A DNA stretch of 62,946 bases, the filler included, from Licmophora abbreviata (taxonomy: Eukaryota), in NCBI GenBank assembly GCA_900291995.1. It is 11 parts of 11 records of this genome, joined end to end, with 100 filler letters (N's around TTAATTAATTAA, not from the genome) between each part and the next. Parts side by side here need not be neighbours in the genome. Positions count along the whole stretch, not along the records: positions 20,845 to 24,574 come from OLMU01001730.1; positions 24,675 to 40,906 come from OLMU01001733.1; 9 more parts are not named here. One strand, 5' to 3'. Numbering within the stretch: the first letter of the stretch is position 1; every line of letters starts with the position of its first letter. This document shows, piece by piece, positions 22,809-34,111 of this stretch. The notes under the pieces are model-generated. The model was given only the letters and a program-made list of their open reading frames with translations. It was not told the DNA's origin and did not search any database. The position numbers and the translations under genes were made by a program.

Positions 22809-23891
22809 CTACTTCATGGCGAGAAACGTCAGTCCGCCAGCAATAGCAAGGCCCGCCCCAACGGCGGTGTTGATAAAGTTGACGACCTCGTTCGTCATCC
22901 ATTCAAGTCCTTTCTTCTCTTGCAGCGTTGCACCTATCAAACTCTCCACATTGGTTGCCAAAAAGGCGGAAACAGTTGCAACGACCACAGAAGGACCATC
23001 AATCAGTTTGATAGCATATCCATACAGAGCCAGCAAGAGTCCTCCAACCACGGATGCCGCCGTGCCCTCGGCACTCACTGCACCCTCGGTCCCCGGCTCG
23101 ACTCGTGCAAATGTCGTAATAAGAAAGGTCGTCTTTCCATAGGCTTTTCCGATTTCTGATGCGAACGTATCAGCAAGCTTCGTAGCCAACGCGGAAACGT
23201 ACCCAAGGCGAAACAGGGAGGAGCCAATACCCAGGAAGCTTTCGCCTTGGGCGGAACATGCTGCACAAATAAGAGCCGTAAGCGCCGACCCCCTGTACGG
23301 TAGTGTTGCACGATGAGCGTGAAGCATGTCAGTGCAAAGTTCAAGAGCCAAAAATTTCGCATCAATCAATGATAAAGGCTTACCATACGTTTTCAGGCCC
23401 ACGCCGTCCTCCCCTTGCCTCGGCGATGCCTAGCTTCTCCTTTTCAGCAAAGCGCACCTTGGTGACGACTTGACCCAGAAAGAAATATGCGACGCACAGC
23501 GTCCAGCCTCTCCATCCCAATGTCTGCCACAACAGAGTCCCAAGAGCAAGCGCATGGACAAACCCGGATGGAGTCAGCATTTTGAGCAGCTTGGCCTGAA
23601 GCACTGCGAACAGGACGGCGTTCCATCCAAACGACTGCAGAATCGGCACACTTCCCTCGTAACGGAGCAGCGAAGACGCTAAGCTACGCATAGGGCCTTC
23701 CATGCCTCGAAACAATTGCAGTTTCGTCTCTTGGCGACATGATGAGAAATCTTTCACGGGTACTCTGCTGATGAGAATCTTGTGACTGCTGCCAGCGTGT
23801 CGAGAAAATGAACGAACGCTATGGGTGCGAATGCCTCCGCACTGCCCAACAGGGACACGATGACGCAGCACATCTTCAGAAGTCTCGGCAT
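22809..23891 (-). CDS. VTE6: DUF92/TMEM19 family, VTE6-like phytyl-phosphate kinase, plastid-targeted
   Basis: Intron 23293-23383 restores GRRGPENVW|GSA; TKLADTFASEIGKAYGKTTFLITT, PGTEGAVSAEGT and NEVVNFINT follow. Presequence MPRLLKMCCVIVSLLGSAEA-FAP needs a 1-nt correction at about 23824. Confidence 0.85.
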
Positions 23892-24274
23892 GATTTTGTT
23901 CGTTGGGGATGCCGCAGATTTTCGATTCCAGGGATGTGCAGAAAAGGATATGATAGGAGGTCGATGATGTGATCATCGCGTGAATCGAATCGCCGCACCG
24001 CGTCATCGTGTCATCATGGCAATCCATCGCGGCAGCGTCAAAATGCGCGCGCGCGTGTCTCACTGTATGACTCGTACGAATACTCGCAGAGGCACGGCGG
24101 TCTTGTATGTTGCGACCTACTCCGAGTACTAATAACGCACACGGTATTGCATCGTAAACACAGCAGCTTAGCAACGCCGGTGGTCTGACACTCCAACCGA
24201 ACGGGCAGGGACCATGAGGCCGAAAGGCAACAGGATGAGCTTGATCGCTTTACCGGTCTTATGAGCAATGGCGT

Positions 24275-24574
24275 CTACTTTCCGCGGCCATCAAGGAGGT
24301 TGTTGATAGTCTGTTTTGTTTCTTCGTAGGTAGCAAACTGAATCGCCCCGCTTAGGACTGCCTTTCCAATACGAGGACTAGAGCCAGCAAAAAGACCTTC
24401 AATCCCTTCCTCCCGAGCAAGCCGAGCAAGGCTGTCAACGTACGATAGAATTTTGGAATCACGGTCAGTGTTGGACTCTGACGCCGTTTCGCTGGCCATC
24501 ACTCGATTCCGGACGACATCCAGGGGTGTTGTGGCCAGCTGCGCAGCCGCGGTTGATATTCGCCCCCGCCATGG
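24275..24574 (-). CDS. Mitochondrial carrier (SLC25) family, 3' fragment
   Basis: Carrier signature TTPLDVVRNR, EGIEGLFAG..PR and AIQFATYE; 5' end lost in gap. Confidence 0.88.
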   Translation of the reverse strand, partial: PWRGRISTAAAQLATTPLDVVRNRVMASETASESNTDRDSKILSYVDSLARLAREEGIEGLFAGSSPRIGKAVLSGAIQFATYEETKQTINNLLDGRGK

Positions 24575-24674
24575 NNNNNNNNNNNNNNNNNNNNNNNNNN
24601 NNNNNNNNNNNNNNNNNNTTAATTAATTAANNNNNNNNNNNNNNNNNNNNNNNNNNNNNNNNNNNNNNNNNNNN

Positions 24675-25030
24675 ACGGGGCCGATCGTGTACCATCCGTG
24701 CTGAATGGAGGTTTGGATCGTATTTCGCCACTGTGGTGGGGATTCTGTTTGGGACTGACTGCAGCGATCGATGGTTTTGGGATTCAACGGGCACGCGCAG
24801 GAGCGCAGGGCTACATTCCAGGCGATTTGGGATTCGATCCGCTGGGCTTGTATCCAGCTGATAAGAAAGAACAGAGACGAATGCAGCTGGCGGAAATCAA
24901 GCACGGACGAGTGGCAATGCTTGGTGTCACGGGATTTGCGATTCAAGAGTTCACATCCAAAATGGGAGTGATTGACGAGACGCCATTCTTTTTCTTTCCC
25001 ATCACCAAGACCATAAGCCAATTGCAATAA
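24675..25030 (+). CDS. Light-harvesting complex protein (Lhcz-like), 3' fragment
   Basis: DRVPSVLNGGL, YIPGDLGFDPLGL and chlorophyll-binding helix AEIKHGRVAMLG...QE; 5' end lost in gap. Confidence 0.9.
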
Positions 25031-25130
25031 GGCTAGCACGTCATTTAGTATTGAACTTGCGAAAGAACTCACGGGGAACTCATAGATTAAGGTTCACTGT
25101 TACCTGTGCTAAACAAGAAGCAAAAATATG

Positions 25131-25212
25131 TGCATTCAGTGGGATTCGAACCCACGCCTACGAATAGACTCGAACTTGAGTCGAGCTCCTTAGACCGCTC
25201 GGACATGAATGC
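25131..25212 (-). tRNA. tRNA-Leu(CAA)
   Basis: Acceptor stem GCATTCA/TGAATGC+A, anticodon arm CTCGA-CT CAA GT-TCGAG, long variable arm, T-arm GTGGG-TTCGAAT-CCCAC; oligo-T downstream. Confidence 0.96.
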
Positions 25213-25413
25213 TTGTATCATTCTAGGGGCACCTAAACAATTTATACCCTTACAAAATTCAGATTCCATTCCACTTTTGATGATCCTAGCCACAACCATC
25301 CATTTGAACAATAGGCGACAAGACAACGCAACCCTCGCTTCTTGTCTACCCGTGAGCGAGCATAGTGTGCCCTCTGCTTTCCTCTATTTGAAGCGTGGTA
25401 CACTTCCCCACAG

Positions 25414-26850
25414 ATGGTAAATGCCCAAAAAAGAAGCGCTTTCTGCGTTATAAATGCCCTATTTTTGCACCATCGAGTAGGGATCGCGTTTCTTGTTCAT
25501 AGTGATGGGTATTTTAAGTGCCGCGTTCCCAGACATCTCCCGTCGCCACGGCACGTATCGACAAGACAACAGTCCAGGTGCTGGGCGGCACCAGCGGACA
25601 ATGATGCGGAGATCGACCTGGATTGGCTCAAGAGCTCTCGACCGGACGCTTCTGAGACTAGCATCACGCCGACGCAGGATCGGAGCTTACAAGAACAACC
25701 CCCTGACGATCTAGGCAACATTCAGATTCCATCTACCGGAATATCGGTGAAAGATGACATGGAGGAAGCCCAAAGAGACAAGTTTCAGTCTGATCTCGTC
25801 CCAATCAAAGCGCTGCAAGGTGTTGCCCAGATTGTTACGACAGTTACCGGTGGCACTGTCGAACCTGTTCGTTATCTTGTGGCGTTGTCTCCTCCTGCAA
25901 ATCTAGCTCCAGCTCCATCCGAAGAGGAGGGCGCCGAATTGGAACCTACAGAAAAGAACGGAGCGACCGCTGAGTCAAATGACTTTGCCATGGTGGACGT
26001 ACCTCCTTATTCCGATCAACTGGCAGCTGATGTAAGAACTTTCATGGGACCTGAAGGCAGGTTGAAATCCATGCTTATAACAACCCGAGATGCCATCCAC
26101 TACGACGACGCCCCTGCTGTCTTTTCGACTCGACAATCGGACTTGTCCAAATGGATATCAGCCTTTTCAGGATTCGAAATAGTCGCATATCGACTCGACG
26201 TTCCTCGCGACTGTCGGGAGCTTATCACACAGCGCTTGGACGGTTACGGCCCCTGGGCGTTGGAGGAAGACAAAGACAATGAGACAAAGTTTATCGAGAC
26301 AGGGAGGCCACTGACATATGAGGAATGGGATGAGACTGTGGCTACTGGTGTAATGGACAATGGAGAAACGCCACCGGATGACACCCAGGAACTATCCGAC
26401 GACGACTTGTACACACCTGAGGCTATTCGCGCTCGTGAGCAAGGCAAACGTGTGTTGGCCGTGTACACGCCTGGCCATACCTTTGGAAGTATGTCGTACG
26501 TTTTCCCAGAGACTGGTGTGTGCTGTTCTGGCTTCACAATTCCTGTCGAGGACGATCGGCAAGAGGACAACATGGGCATTGGCCAAGCTGGTCCTGCTCT
26601 GGATTACCGAGGCTACATTACCACTAGCAGGGCAGGGATAAGTCGCATGATGGAATCTGCTAGAACTGTCATTGATAATTACAGTGATCGTTTCACGGTG
26701 GTGATGCCATCGCGTGGTGATCCATTGTTTGTGGACATGGGTGTCAAGCAGCGCACAGAAGCGCTTCTTGATATTATTGACCAATACGACAAGATTGGAA
26801 AAGTGTACGAGAAGCTCGGAATCATCTCTAAAGGTGACGACCAACTCTAG
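25414..26850 (+). CDS. Metallo-beta-lactamase-fold-like protein, probably plastid-targeted
   Basis: MVDVPPYS, MLITTRDAIHYDD, YTPGHTFGSMSY and VVMPSRG are degenerate MBL motifs; N-terminus resembles a bipartite presequence. Confidence 0.55.
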   Translation: MVNAQKRSAFCVINALFLHHRVGIAFLVHSDGYFKCRVPRHLPSPRHVSTRQQSRCWAAPADNDAEIDLDWLKSSRPDASETSITPTQDRSLQEQPPDDLGNIQIPSTGISVKDDMEEAQRDKFQSDLVPIKALQGVAQIVTTVTGGTVEPVRYLVALSPPANLAPAPSEEEGAELEPTEKNGATAESNDFAMVDVPPYSDQLAADVRTFMGPEGRLKSMLITTRDAIHYDDAPAVFSTRQSDLSKWISAFSGFEIVAYRLDVPRDCRELITQRLDGYGPWALEEDKDNETKFIETGRPLTYEEWDETVATGVMDNGETPPDDTQELSDDDLYTPEAIRAREQGKRVLAVYTPGHTFGSMSYVFPETGVCCSGFTIPVEDDRQEDNMGIGQAGPALDYRGYITTSRAGISRMMESARTVIDNYSDRFTVVMPSRGDPLFVDMGVKQRTEALLDIIDQYDKIGKVYEKLGIISKGDDQL

Positions 26851-26926
26851 ACTCTGATAGACACAACAGTATCTAGAGACCGCATTTCGTACATTTAGAA
26901 CAGCTCACCTCACGGATGATTAGCGT

Positions 26927-27805
26927 TTATGCAACAGCCTGTACCGACTTGATTCCAACCAATACCTTGATTCTGCCAACTATTGATTTCTTCACATTGC
27001 TCAACTGCGACCGCACCATGAGCCGCAGGCTCTTGGGCAAAACCGTCATATAGATTGTCGCCAGAGGATTTCGCCACGGAAACCCAATGCCAGCCTTGTC
27101 CTGTGGAATTTTGTTTCGCGCGTCCGTCGTAATGACGTTTCCGACATCGTCGAGCAATACGAGCGTCGGGATAGATTTGACCTTGAACTGTTGTCCCAAC
27201 ATTTGACCTCGTTCTCCCAAGGCTTCTTCTGGTGGCAATGCTAGCCAGTTCATTTGCGTAAAGTACTGTCCAAACGAGTTCACGTCGCGGCATCTTGAAA
27301 CCCATACAATCTCAAACTGATCCTTCTTGCCTCGCTTTGAGTTCATCTTGTTGTAAAAGGAGACCAATTCTGGAGTAAACTGACGACATGGACCACACCA
27401 GTCTGCACTAAAGTATAGTCCAACAACCTTTTTGCCGTTGAGAGCTTCATTCGTGTTATGAGGGACCAATTGAGCATGCGATTCGTCAATCATTTCTAGC
27501 GACAAGAGCGTTGGCCCAAACAGTTCAATGAAGGGTCCGGCCTGTACTCCAGGAGATTCATCTGACAGCACACCAATGGGTTCCTTTTGTGTCTGGTTCT
27601 TGGTTTCCTCCTGCTGCAATGGAACTTCTTCTCCAGTGGATATTGGATCGACTGGATCCACGGGCTCTTCTTCTGAGATTTCGAAGTCGTCCTCCGCTGC
27701 CACCGTCTGGGTGGCCTCATCGACTGTTGCACTTCCTTCGCTTTGCACAGTGTCCACAGTGACAGCAGCAAGTACAAGAGCGAGCAGCAAAGTGGAGAAC
27801 TTCAT
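26927..27805 (-). CDS. Nucleoredoxin/tryparedoxin-like thioredoxin with signal peptide
   Basis: GKKVVGLYFSADWCGPCRQFTPEL, FEIVWVS, MNWLALP and IPTLVLLD...GFPW; hydrophobic N-terminal signal peptide. Confidence 0.9.
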   Translation of the reverse strand: MKFSTLLLALVLAAVTVDTVQSEGSATVDEATQTVAAEDDFEISEEEPVDPVDPISTGEEVPLQQEETKNQTQKEPIGVLSDESPGVQAGPFIELFGPTLLSLEMIDESHAQLVPHNTNEALNGKKVVGLYFSADWCGPCRQFTPELVSFYNKMNSKRGKKDQFEIVWVSRCRDVNSFGQYFTQMNWLALPPEEALGERGQMLGQQFKVKSIPTLVLLDDVGNVITTDARNKIPQDKAGIGFPWRNPLATIYMTVLPKSLRLMVRSQLSNVKKSIVGRIKVLVGIKSVQAVA

Positions 27806-28072
27806 GGAATTTAAACCTTCTTCAATACATCCGCCAATGTCTGTTCACACATCATGGTTTTGTGTTTCTTGCGTTGATGATGTCTGTGTCAAATTCCAGG
27901 TGGAAAGCCGTGATGGAGGCTTCGACTGATCTGTGGTGGACGGCAAGACCGTGCGCAAAAGTCGACAGGGTGAACGCGGCATTTCACGGCACATAAATTA
28001 TGTGCCATCCATCACCATGATGATGATGCACCGACGCAGCCGGTCTTAACGAACACAACACGAATATTCACA

Positions 28073-28755
28073 ATGGTTGTGGTTGCCGCATGCCCTGTTG
28101 AAGTCTTCCGAGGTGATCGCTCTGTCCTATGCTTTGCTTGGAAGTCACCGTGTCGATGGTGGGTGCTTGCATCATCCATACTGATGATGTTGTCGTTTTG
28201 CAGCATTGTAGTACCGACCGCTGAGGGAGCCTTGGTCGGTGTGACACCTGGCGCTGCTACAACACGCGTGTCCTGTAATGGAAATCGGAGATATGACCTG
28301 ACGAAACTCGCACCAGTGTACTCTTCCAACAAGGACACTCCCGATGAAATAGGAAACTTTGAAAACGCGGAGCCTGTCGTAGTAAGAGGGAGTGACCAAG
28401 ACAATGTACCGGACGAGATATGGGAGAACATTGAAACTGGAGAGCCTCCCAAGTTCGCCGTAATGAAGGAGGTAAGACATGTCGCCGACGATGAATTTTA
28501 CGTTCGTATCGATGTGCTGCTTCTAGTAGCTCACAGACTCCGTCTATTTATTTTGAAACGCAGCTGCTCGGCATTAACGTTTTCACCTACATCCTAGCCG
28601 TATTGATTGCGATATTTCTATCTTTGAATGCCTTGTTGGGTCCGGGGTGGTTGGGACAGGCGATAGGACTAAAGGGGACCGGGTACTTTACGGATGTGGC
28701 GCCTTCCTTGCCCAACTCGATGGATCTGAATTCGCCCGAGAATCTACTGTTGTAG
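28073..28755 (+). CDS. Small single-pass membrane protein, probably plastid-targeted, unknown function
   Basis: Intron 28472-28563 gives ...PPKFAVMKE|LLGINVFTYILAVLIAIFLSLNALLGPGWLGQAIG...PENLLL* (stop 28753-28755). Start codon uncertain. Confidence 0.65.
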
Positions 28756-29016
28756 AAGAAATAGATTTCCAACGCACACTCTACGGAGGAAGGCAGTTGC
28801 GAGCAACAATATCGACACTGGAGAAATGTCGAAAGCGAAAGCTCTGATCTTTGTCGATCGTCATTCTGGGCACAAACCGTAGACGCTGTCACGCTTCATA
28901 ACAAATCCTGTGTGTACGCATGACACTGACCCTCATTGCGCAATCCCAGACAGAGCAGTCTGCATAATATAATAGCTACTAGTGAGCTGTCTTAATATGT
29001 TTCATTGCAGTACGTG

Positions 29017-29362
29017 CTACCTGGGCCTCCGGATTCCAATTCTCTCGGCAGCGCTCGGCTTTCGAGGCGTCGTATCCATCCTCTTGCTGCTGGTCTCCGC
29101 TTGCGTTCGCGGACGCTGCAATGAGGAGGAGGCTCCTCTGCCGCCATTTGTTTTTCTCGTTGAAGCTGGAAGAAGAAAAGAGGGGGAAAATGGGCAGAGT
29201 ATGATGAGAGAAGCACATTGTCGCACGGACGACCGACCATCATTTTTTTCTGATTCATTTGAATCTTTGATCCGATTCATTCATTCATTCACTCACCTCG
29301 TCGTACTCTTCGATATCATCCGTCTTGAGTTCAATGCGTGTAGGAGGTCGTCGAAGTGCCAT
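29017..29362 (-). CDS. CDC26: Anaphase-promoting complex subunit CDC26/APC12
   Basis: Exon 1 (29297-29362) MALRRPPTRIELKTDDIEEYDE matches the CDC26 N-terminal motif; intron 29166-29296. Exon 2 LQREKQMAAEE.. ends at 28992 as read, or at 29017 (..AAERIGIRRPR*) with a 1-nt correction. Confidence 0.85.
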
Positions 29363-29617
29363 GATGCGGGTTGTCTATTTCATCCGTTTCGTATGATACA
29401 AAGAGGGAGTTGAATCAAACGTCGCCATCGTCTTTCCTCGTCGCCGCGCGGCGTCTCAACTACGTGATGCGCGACCACACCCCATCACCGCGCGACGAGG
29501 ATGACGATGCTGCTGGTGCGGCACATATGCAACAGGCTATATACCCCATTGTCCTTTGCTCTAACTCTAAAGCTGTGACTTTCTTCAAAGTAGCGATATG
29601 CGGTGAGGAAACCCATC

Positions 29618-31741
29618 ATGGACGATGAAAACGATGGGTGGGGTGATTTGTTTGCCAAAGCGTCCGGACAGCCAAAAGACGACGATCCAAGGAGGATGCC
29701 TCATCCTCGTGATACTGCGGGAGATCATGCTGTCGACTCCTCCTCTCGTCGCGCCGCGGGTGCCACATCAGAACGCCGACACCATGATGAGAGTCCCCTC
29801 TGGATGGCTTTGAAGAACAACAAAGCTTCGAAACGAAGAAAGCGCACTGTAGTAGAAGATTCGAGTCATCATCAGATGTTTTTGCAGAGCCGAGGAGACT
29901 TTGTTCCGTTATTGTGGATGACTACTACGAATTCTAGTTCCTTGGAAGATCATGATGGATCGCTCGTCGTGCCTTCTTGGGCTCGTCTGGGTGACAGTAT
30001 GCTGGGTTCGAGACCATCTTGCAAATCGTATAGGCAACCACGGAATCGGACGAATTCCATACCACGGGACGAACGATGTACTCTTTGTGGCTCGACGACT
30101 GCGTTGCATAGACTGACGGTGTTTTGGAAGGATGTCGAACGACGACCTGATGTGTACTGGCTGTTGGACCTGTTTTGTCACTTGCGAAACTTGCGTTGCC
30201 TCGGATCAGCGGCGGCCCGGGCACACTGTGTGCCAAAGGATCTCAGAAGGGCCATAAAGAGAGAGTTAGTGCCCTTCCAACAGTGTTCTAACAGCATATC
30301 ACCGCTGTCAGGCAACCATCGAATTCAGATCCAAGATTTGGGAGAGGCATCGCTGCTCTCGACCAAATGTGAGACGTTGGTTCGTCGTGCAAAAAACACT
30401 CGATCCGCACTGCAGGAGGATTCCAAGCCTCCCTTCGAGGAGGCCGTCCGCTTGATCATTGCGTGCGATCAGTTGTACTATCGCTTGTATTACCTTCAAA
30501 TCTCGCATCAGTTGCCAACCATGGAGACTGATGGAAGGTTGGCGTTCTTGCCGCATCCTACAGAGTACTTTCAAATGACATGGGATGTCGCTGCTGTCAG
30601 CGACATAGTCGACGACTTGGCATCAACGATACAAGCAGAGATGGGGAAAAACGCATCACTCGGTAGAGTCGATCTGGCAAATGAGCAAGTCGCTTTGTTC
30701 CGACAATATGGTCTCGGAGCACATCCAGACGACAGAGTACATCCACTGTTGGCGCTGCATCGGAATCGATACATGGAGACCGTCAGCTTATTCTATGCTA
30801 CGGATCGAATGACACAAGCATCGATGAAGAAGCAGTGGGAGAATGCACTGGAGCAACGGCAACCTGTAACCTCGATACTTGACGACTTGGCTCTACACGA
30901 GACTCCTGCGCCTCCTGTGTTAGCGGCGTGGAGAGACTCTTGTCGGGACTCGCTCTGCAATTTCTATGCATACGCGACGCTCGCGACGGGTACGGAGAAA
31001 TTCATCCAGGAGTGGCTGGAGAAGCTGGGAGCAACAGGGGGAATAATTGAATTGGGAGCCGGGACGGGCTACATTGCCATGCTTCTGGAGAAGGCAGGAG
31101 TCAAGGTTATTGCGCTAGACTCGCACCCGACTCAGGGGAATGCAAACGAATATCATGGATTAACGCCCTCCTTTGTGAATGTCCGAGCTGGTCGACCGAA
31201 TTCTCTACAACACTTCATGCTCTCTTCAGATTACGCCCTCTTACTGTGCTACCCTCCACCAGAGTCGCAAATGGCTCGCACCGCCGTGGAGTCCTACATT
31301 GGTCTTGGAGGTCGGCTCGTTATCTATATCGGAGAAATCTGTGGCTTGACAGGTTCCCATGAGTTTGAAGGACTCCTCAAGCACCGGTTTCTCTGTGTGG
31401 ATCGTAGGCCCTGTCTCACATGGGGAACGGATGCTTCGGAAGTAATCATATTTCAACGACGACCAGAGGAGGGTGAAAGCCTATCGCAACGTGTGTCATT
31501 ACTACTACCTTGCTCGCAATGCGGTCGCGCGGAAGCCCAGAGGCGTTGTCGCTTCGTTCGTCACGTTGCGTACTGCGGAGATAAGTGCTTCCAAGCACAT
31601 TCTGCTCATCTTGATGGGCATCTCACGATGAACATGGTTGGCGTGCGTTCGGAGCAGCTGGAGTTCGATGATGATCATCACTTCACGTCGCTAAGACTAC
31701 CGACAGCAAAATCCCTTACTAGACAAGGACCCAAACCGTAG
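29618..31741 (+). CDS. Class I SAM methyltransferase with C-terminal MYND-like zinc finger
   Basis: IIELGAGTGYIA, VIALD, LLLCYPPP and VIYIGE; CSQC...RC...YCGDKCFQAH...H. Confidence 0.75.
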   Translation: MDDENDGWGDLFAKASGQPKDDDPRRMPHPRDTAGDHAVDSSSRRAAGATSERRHHDESPLWMALKNNKASKRRKRTVVEDSSHHQMFLQSRGDFVPLLWMTTTNSSSLEDHDGSLVVPSWARLGDSMLGSRPSCKSYRQPRNRTNSIPRDERCTLCGSTTALHRLTVFWKDVERRPDVYWLLDLFCHLRNLRCLGSAAARAHCVPKDLRRAIKRELVPFQQCSNSISPLSGNHRIQIQDLGEASLLSTKCETLVRRAKNTRSALQEDSKPPFEEAVRLIIACDQLYYRLYYLQISHQLPTMETDGRLAFLPHPTEYFQMTWDVAAVSDIVDDLASTIQAEMGKNASLGRVDLANEQVALFRQYGLGAHPDDRVHPLLALHRNRYMETVSLFYATDRMTQASMKKQWENALEQRQPVTSILDDLALHETPAPPVLAAWRDSCRDSLCNFYAYATLATGTEKFIQEWLEKLGATGGIIELGAGTGYIAMLLEKAGVKVIALDSHPTQGNANEYHGLTPSFVNVRAGRPNSLQHFMLSSDYALLLCYPPPESQMARTAVESYIGLGGRLVIYIGEICGLTGSHEFEGLLKHRFLCVDRRPCLTWGTDASEVIIFQRRPEEGESLSQRVSLLLPCSQCGRAEAQRRCRFVRHVAYCGDKCFQAHSAHLDGHLTMNMVGVRSEQLEFDDDHHFTSLRLPTAKSLTRQGPKP

Positions 31742-31817
31742 ACAACTCATCACCAGTTTGCGTAGTACTGTACACAACCTTTTGTTTGATCGTCAGTATA
31801 GCGACGGTGATCGTGGA

Positions 31818-33744
31818 CTATCCCTCAGCTGCTCGTCTCATGTACCTCCAAATGTCATCGCGTCCGAGTTTGGTTTCGGCGGAAGTAAGAATCAAGGGCG
31901 CTTTTCCAACATTGCACGACTTCATGGTGTCACGGACTTTCTCCATGACACTTCGAGACACCTTTCCGGCATTTTTCGACGACGGGCCTTTCACATTCTT
32001 GTCGGCCTTGGTCAGGACCACCACATACGCAACCTCTTTCGGTAGAAATTCTCCAACAAGCTTCATTATTCTCGAATCTTCGTCGATAGGACCGTGTCGG
32101 GCATCAACGAGGTGAAAGAGTACACGCAGAGTCCTCCTCGTGTTGATATACTCTTCCATGAACGATGCCCACTGATCGCGCTGTTGCTGGGGGACCTTTG
32201 CAAAGCCAAATCCTGGCAGATCGACGATATAGAACGAGTCTGAGTCTTTCACGCCGTCCACCTTGTCTCCGTACCGAATCTCTTTCTCTCTGCCGGGAAA
32301 GTCATTTACTGCGAAAAAGTTGAACTGCTGTGTCTTCCCGGGGCGTTTGCTTGTGTAGGCCAGTGATTTTCGATTTGTAATCTACAGAAGTAAACAAGCG
32401 GCACGGATCGAAGTGACCTTCATTAGCATCGGTATCTTTGTTCGCATAGCAACAGTTACTCTTCTTGCCATGACTTACCATGTTTACGAGTGAAGACTTG
32501 CCGACATTGCTTCGCCCGATAAATGCCGCTTCTCCACGATCTGCGGGCGGACAACCAGCCATGTCGACGGCCCCAGTGACAAACAGAGTTCGGCGTACTA
32601 ATGCATTCGATAGAGCTTCGTATGTGCGATCATTATTATCCGAAGGAAAGGTGGACATGGCACTTAAGACCGAGTACACCAGATTGCAAGGCAGATCTTC
32701 TTCCACATCTTCGCAGGCAGTCACTGTTCCGGACCGACGACCCGACTCGCATTGAGCCGCCCCTCTTACGAGTCGAGTCCAGGGAAAGTTGATATCCTTG
32801 GCCGTTAACCCAGCTTCCCGCACAATCGGACCCAGCTCTGACAACCATCGACATGCTCGAACTGCCATAGATGGTTCGTTTGCGAAGAAGTGGCGCGAAG
32901 CAATGGAACCCATCGCGAGGGCCCGATGCAAGAGACGATCCTTGTTGGACGGCTCATCCAGCGGAGTCCCCTGCAGGGGAAGTGACAATTCGTCATCCAA
33001 TATTTCCAACGCATCAGTCACATTATTCACTCGAAGTAGTCCTCGAATAATGGCATCGCTCTCCATGGGCAACATCGATGGCCGGTACTCGATGCGACGC
33101 TCGTCAATGGCCCTTCGGGCCAATTCGTGGTTGGACATGTGCAAGGCGGCCACCGCATATCGTGCCAGCATAGAGCCCCGGTAGCCATACCCATACGCTG
33201 TGTCAACTTGCTCTAAAAGGAACTCGCCAATGACTTCCAAGTCGTGAACACTGTGTAAATTCTGAGCGCGCTTGATGGCCGTCATGACATCATCCGGAGT
33301 CGACTCGGAGTTCAGTTCGGAAACTCGTTGCGAGTGCAGCGACAGGACCTTTTGATTGACTCTTCCATCGCGTTTCATATTTTCATTGTTCACTCCTGAT
33401 GCTGTCTTTCGTTTGTTCTGATTACGCCGCTGCTTTCTCGCTCGTTCGAGAGCCTTTCGTTCGGGTCTGGACAATGGCACCTTTTTATTGTGTTCGTCGT
33501 TGTCAGATTTTGTGGACGCTTCTGTGCTGGCGTACCGAGTGGTACGTGTGCCATCATCGTAAACAGAACGTATCGAGTGGAACTGTCGTATCTGGTATGG
33601 TGTAACAAGGCCCGAGACCCCGTTCGTAAACATAAAGAACGCCAGTGCCATCACCAACAAGCATAGCATCCGGTGGAAGCAAGGATTCCACGTCCACCGC
33701 CAATTTTGACATCCAATGATTAATTTTCTTCTTCTTCTTTCCAT
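31818..33744 (-). CDS. engB: EngB/YihA-type ribosome-biogenesis GTPase with long helical N-terminal extension, organelle-targeted
   Basis: G1 GRSNVGKSSLVN, intron 32382-32478, G2 SKRPGKTQ, G3 VDLPGFGFA, G4 TKADK, G5 TSAET; hydrophobic presequence. Confidence 0.9.
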
Positions 33745-34111
33745 TCTGTAGAAGCTTTATTGTCACAACGGGCAATACAAGAAGTTAATTGATTCCTACT
33801 TGTCGCCCAAACTACACAACAACACCACCATGATCGACGGCCGGAGGGGTCTACAGAAAAAAAGATTGCCCGCGTGGATCGGATGTGGGGAAGATCTCAT
33901 TTCCATACCGAGATCTACGTAGAATTTACGGGAGACACGCCGAATGACGTCAGGCTCTAGCAAACATCGAAATTCGAAACAGATTTTGGCGCGCCGGCAT
34001 CCAACCAGGACCATGGCCAAAACAGCCAGTAGTGATTGATTCTGTGTTTACGGTGTGCACCTTGAATCAAAAGGTAGTTTACTACTTCTCTCTCGAAAGG
34101 AATCCACTTGG

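Noticed and set aside
23892..24174. Long N-terminal extension of the 23380-24174 ORF
   Set aside because: The true start is more likely the signal-peptide ATG at 23891 in another frame; upstream sequence looks like promoter.
25087..25420. Short ORFs overlapping tRNA-Leu (likewise 35952-36251 over tRNA-Val)
   Set aside because: Spurious translations of tRNA and intergenic DNA.
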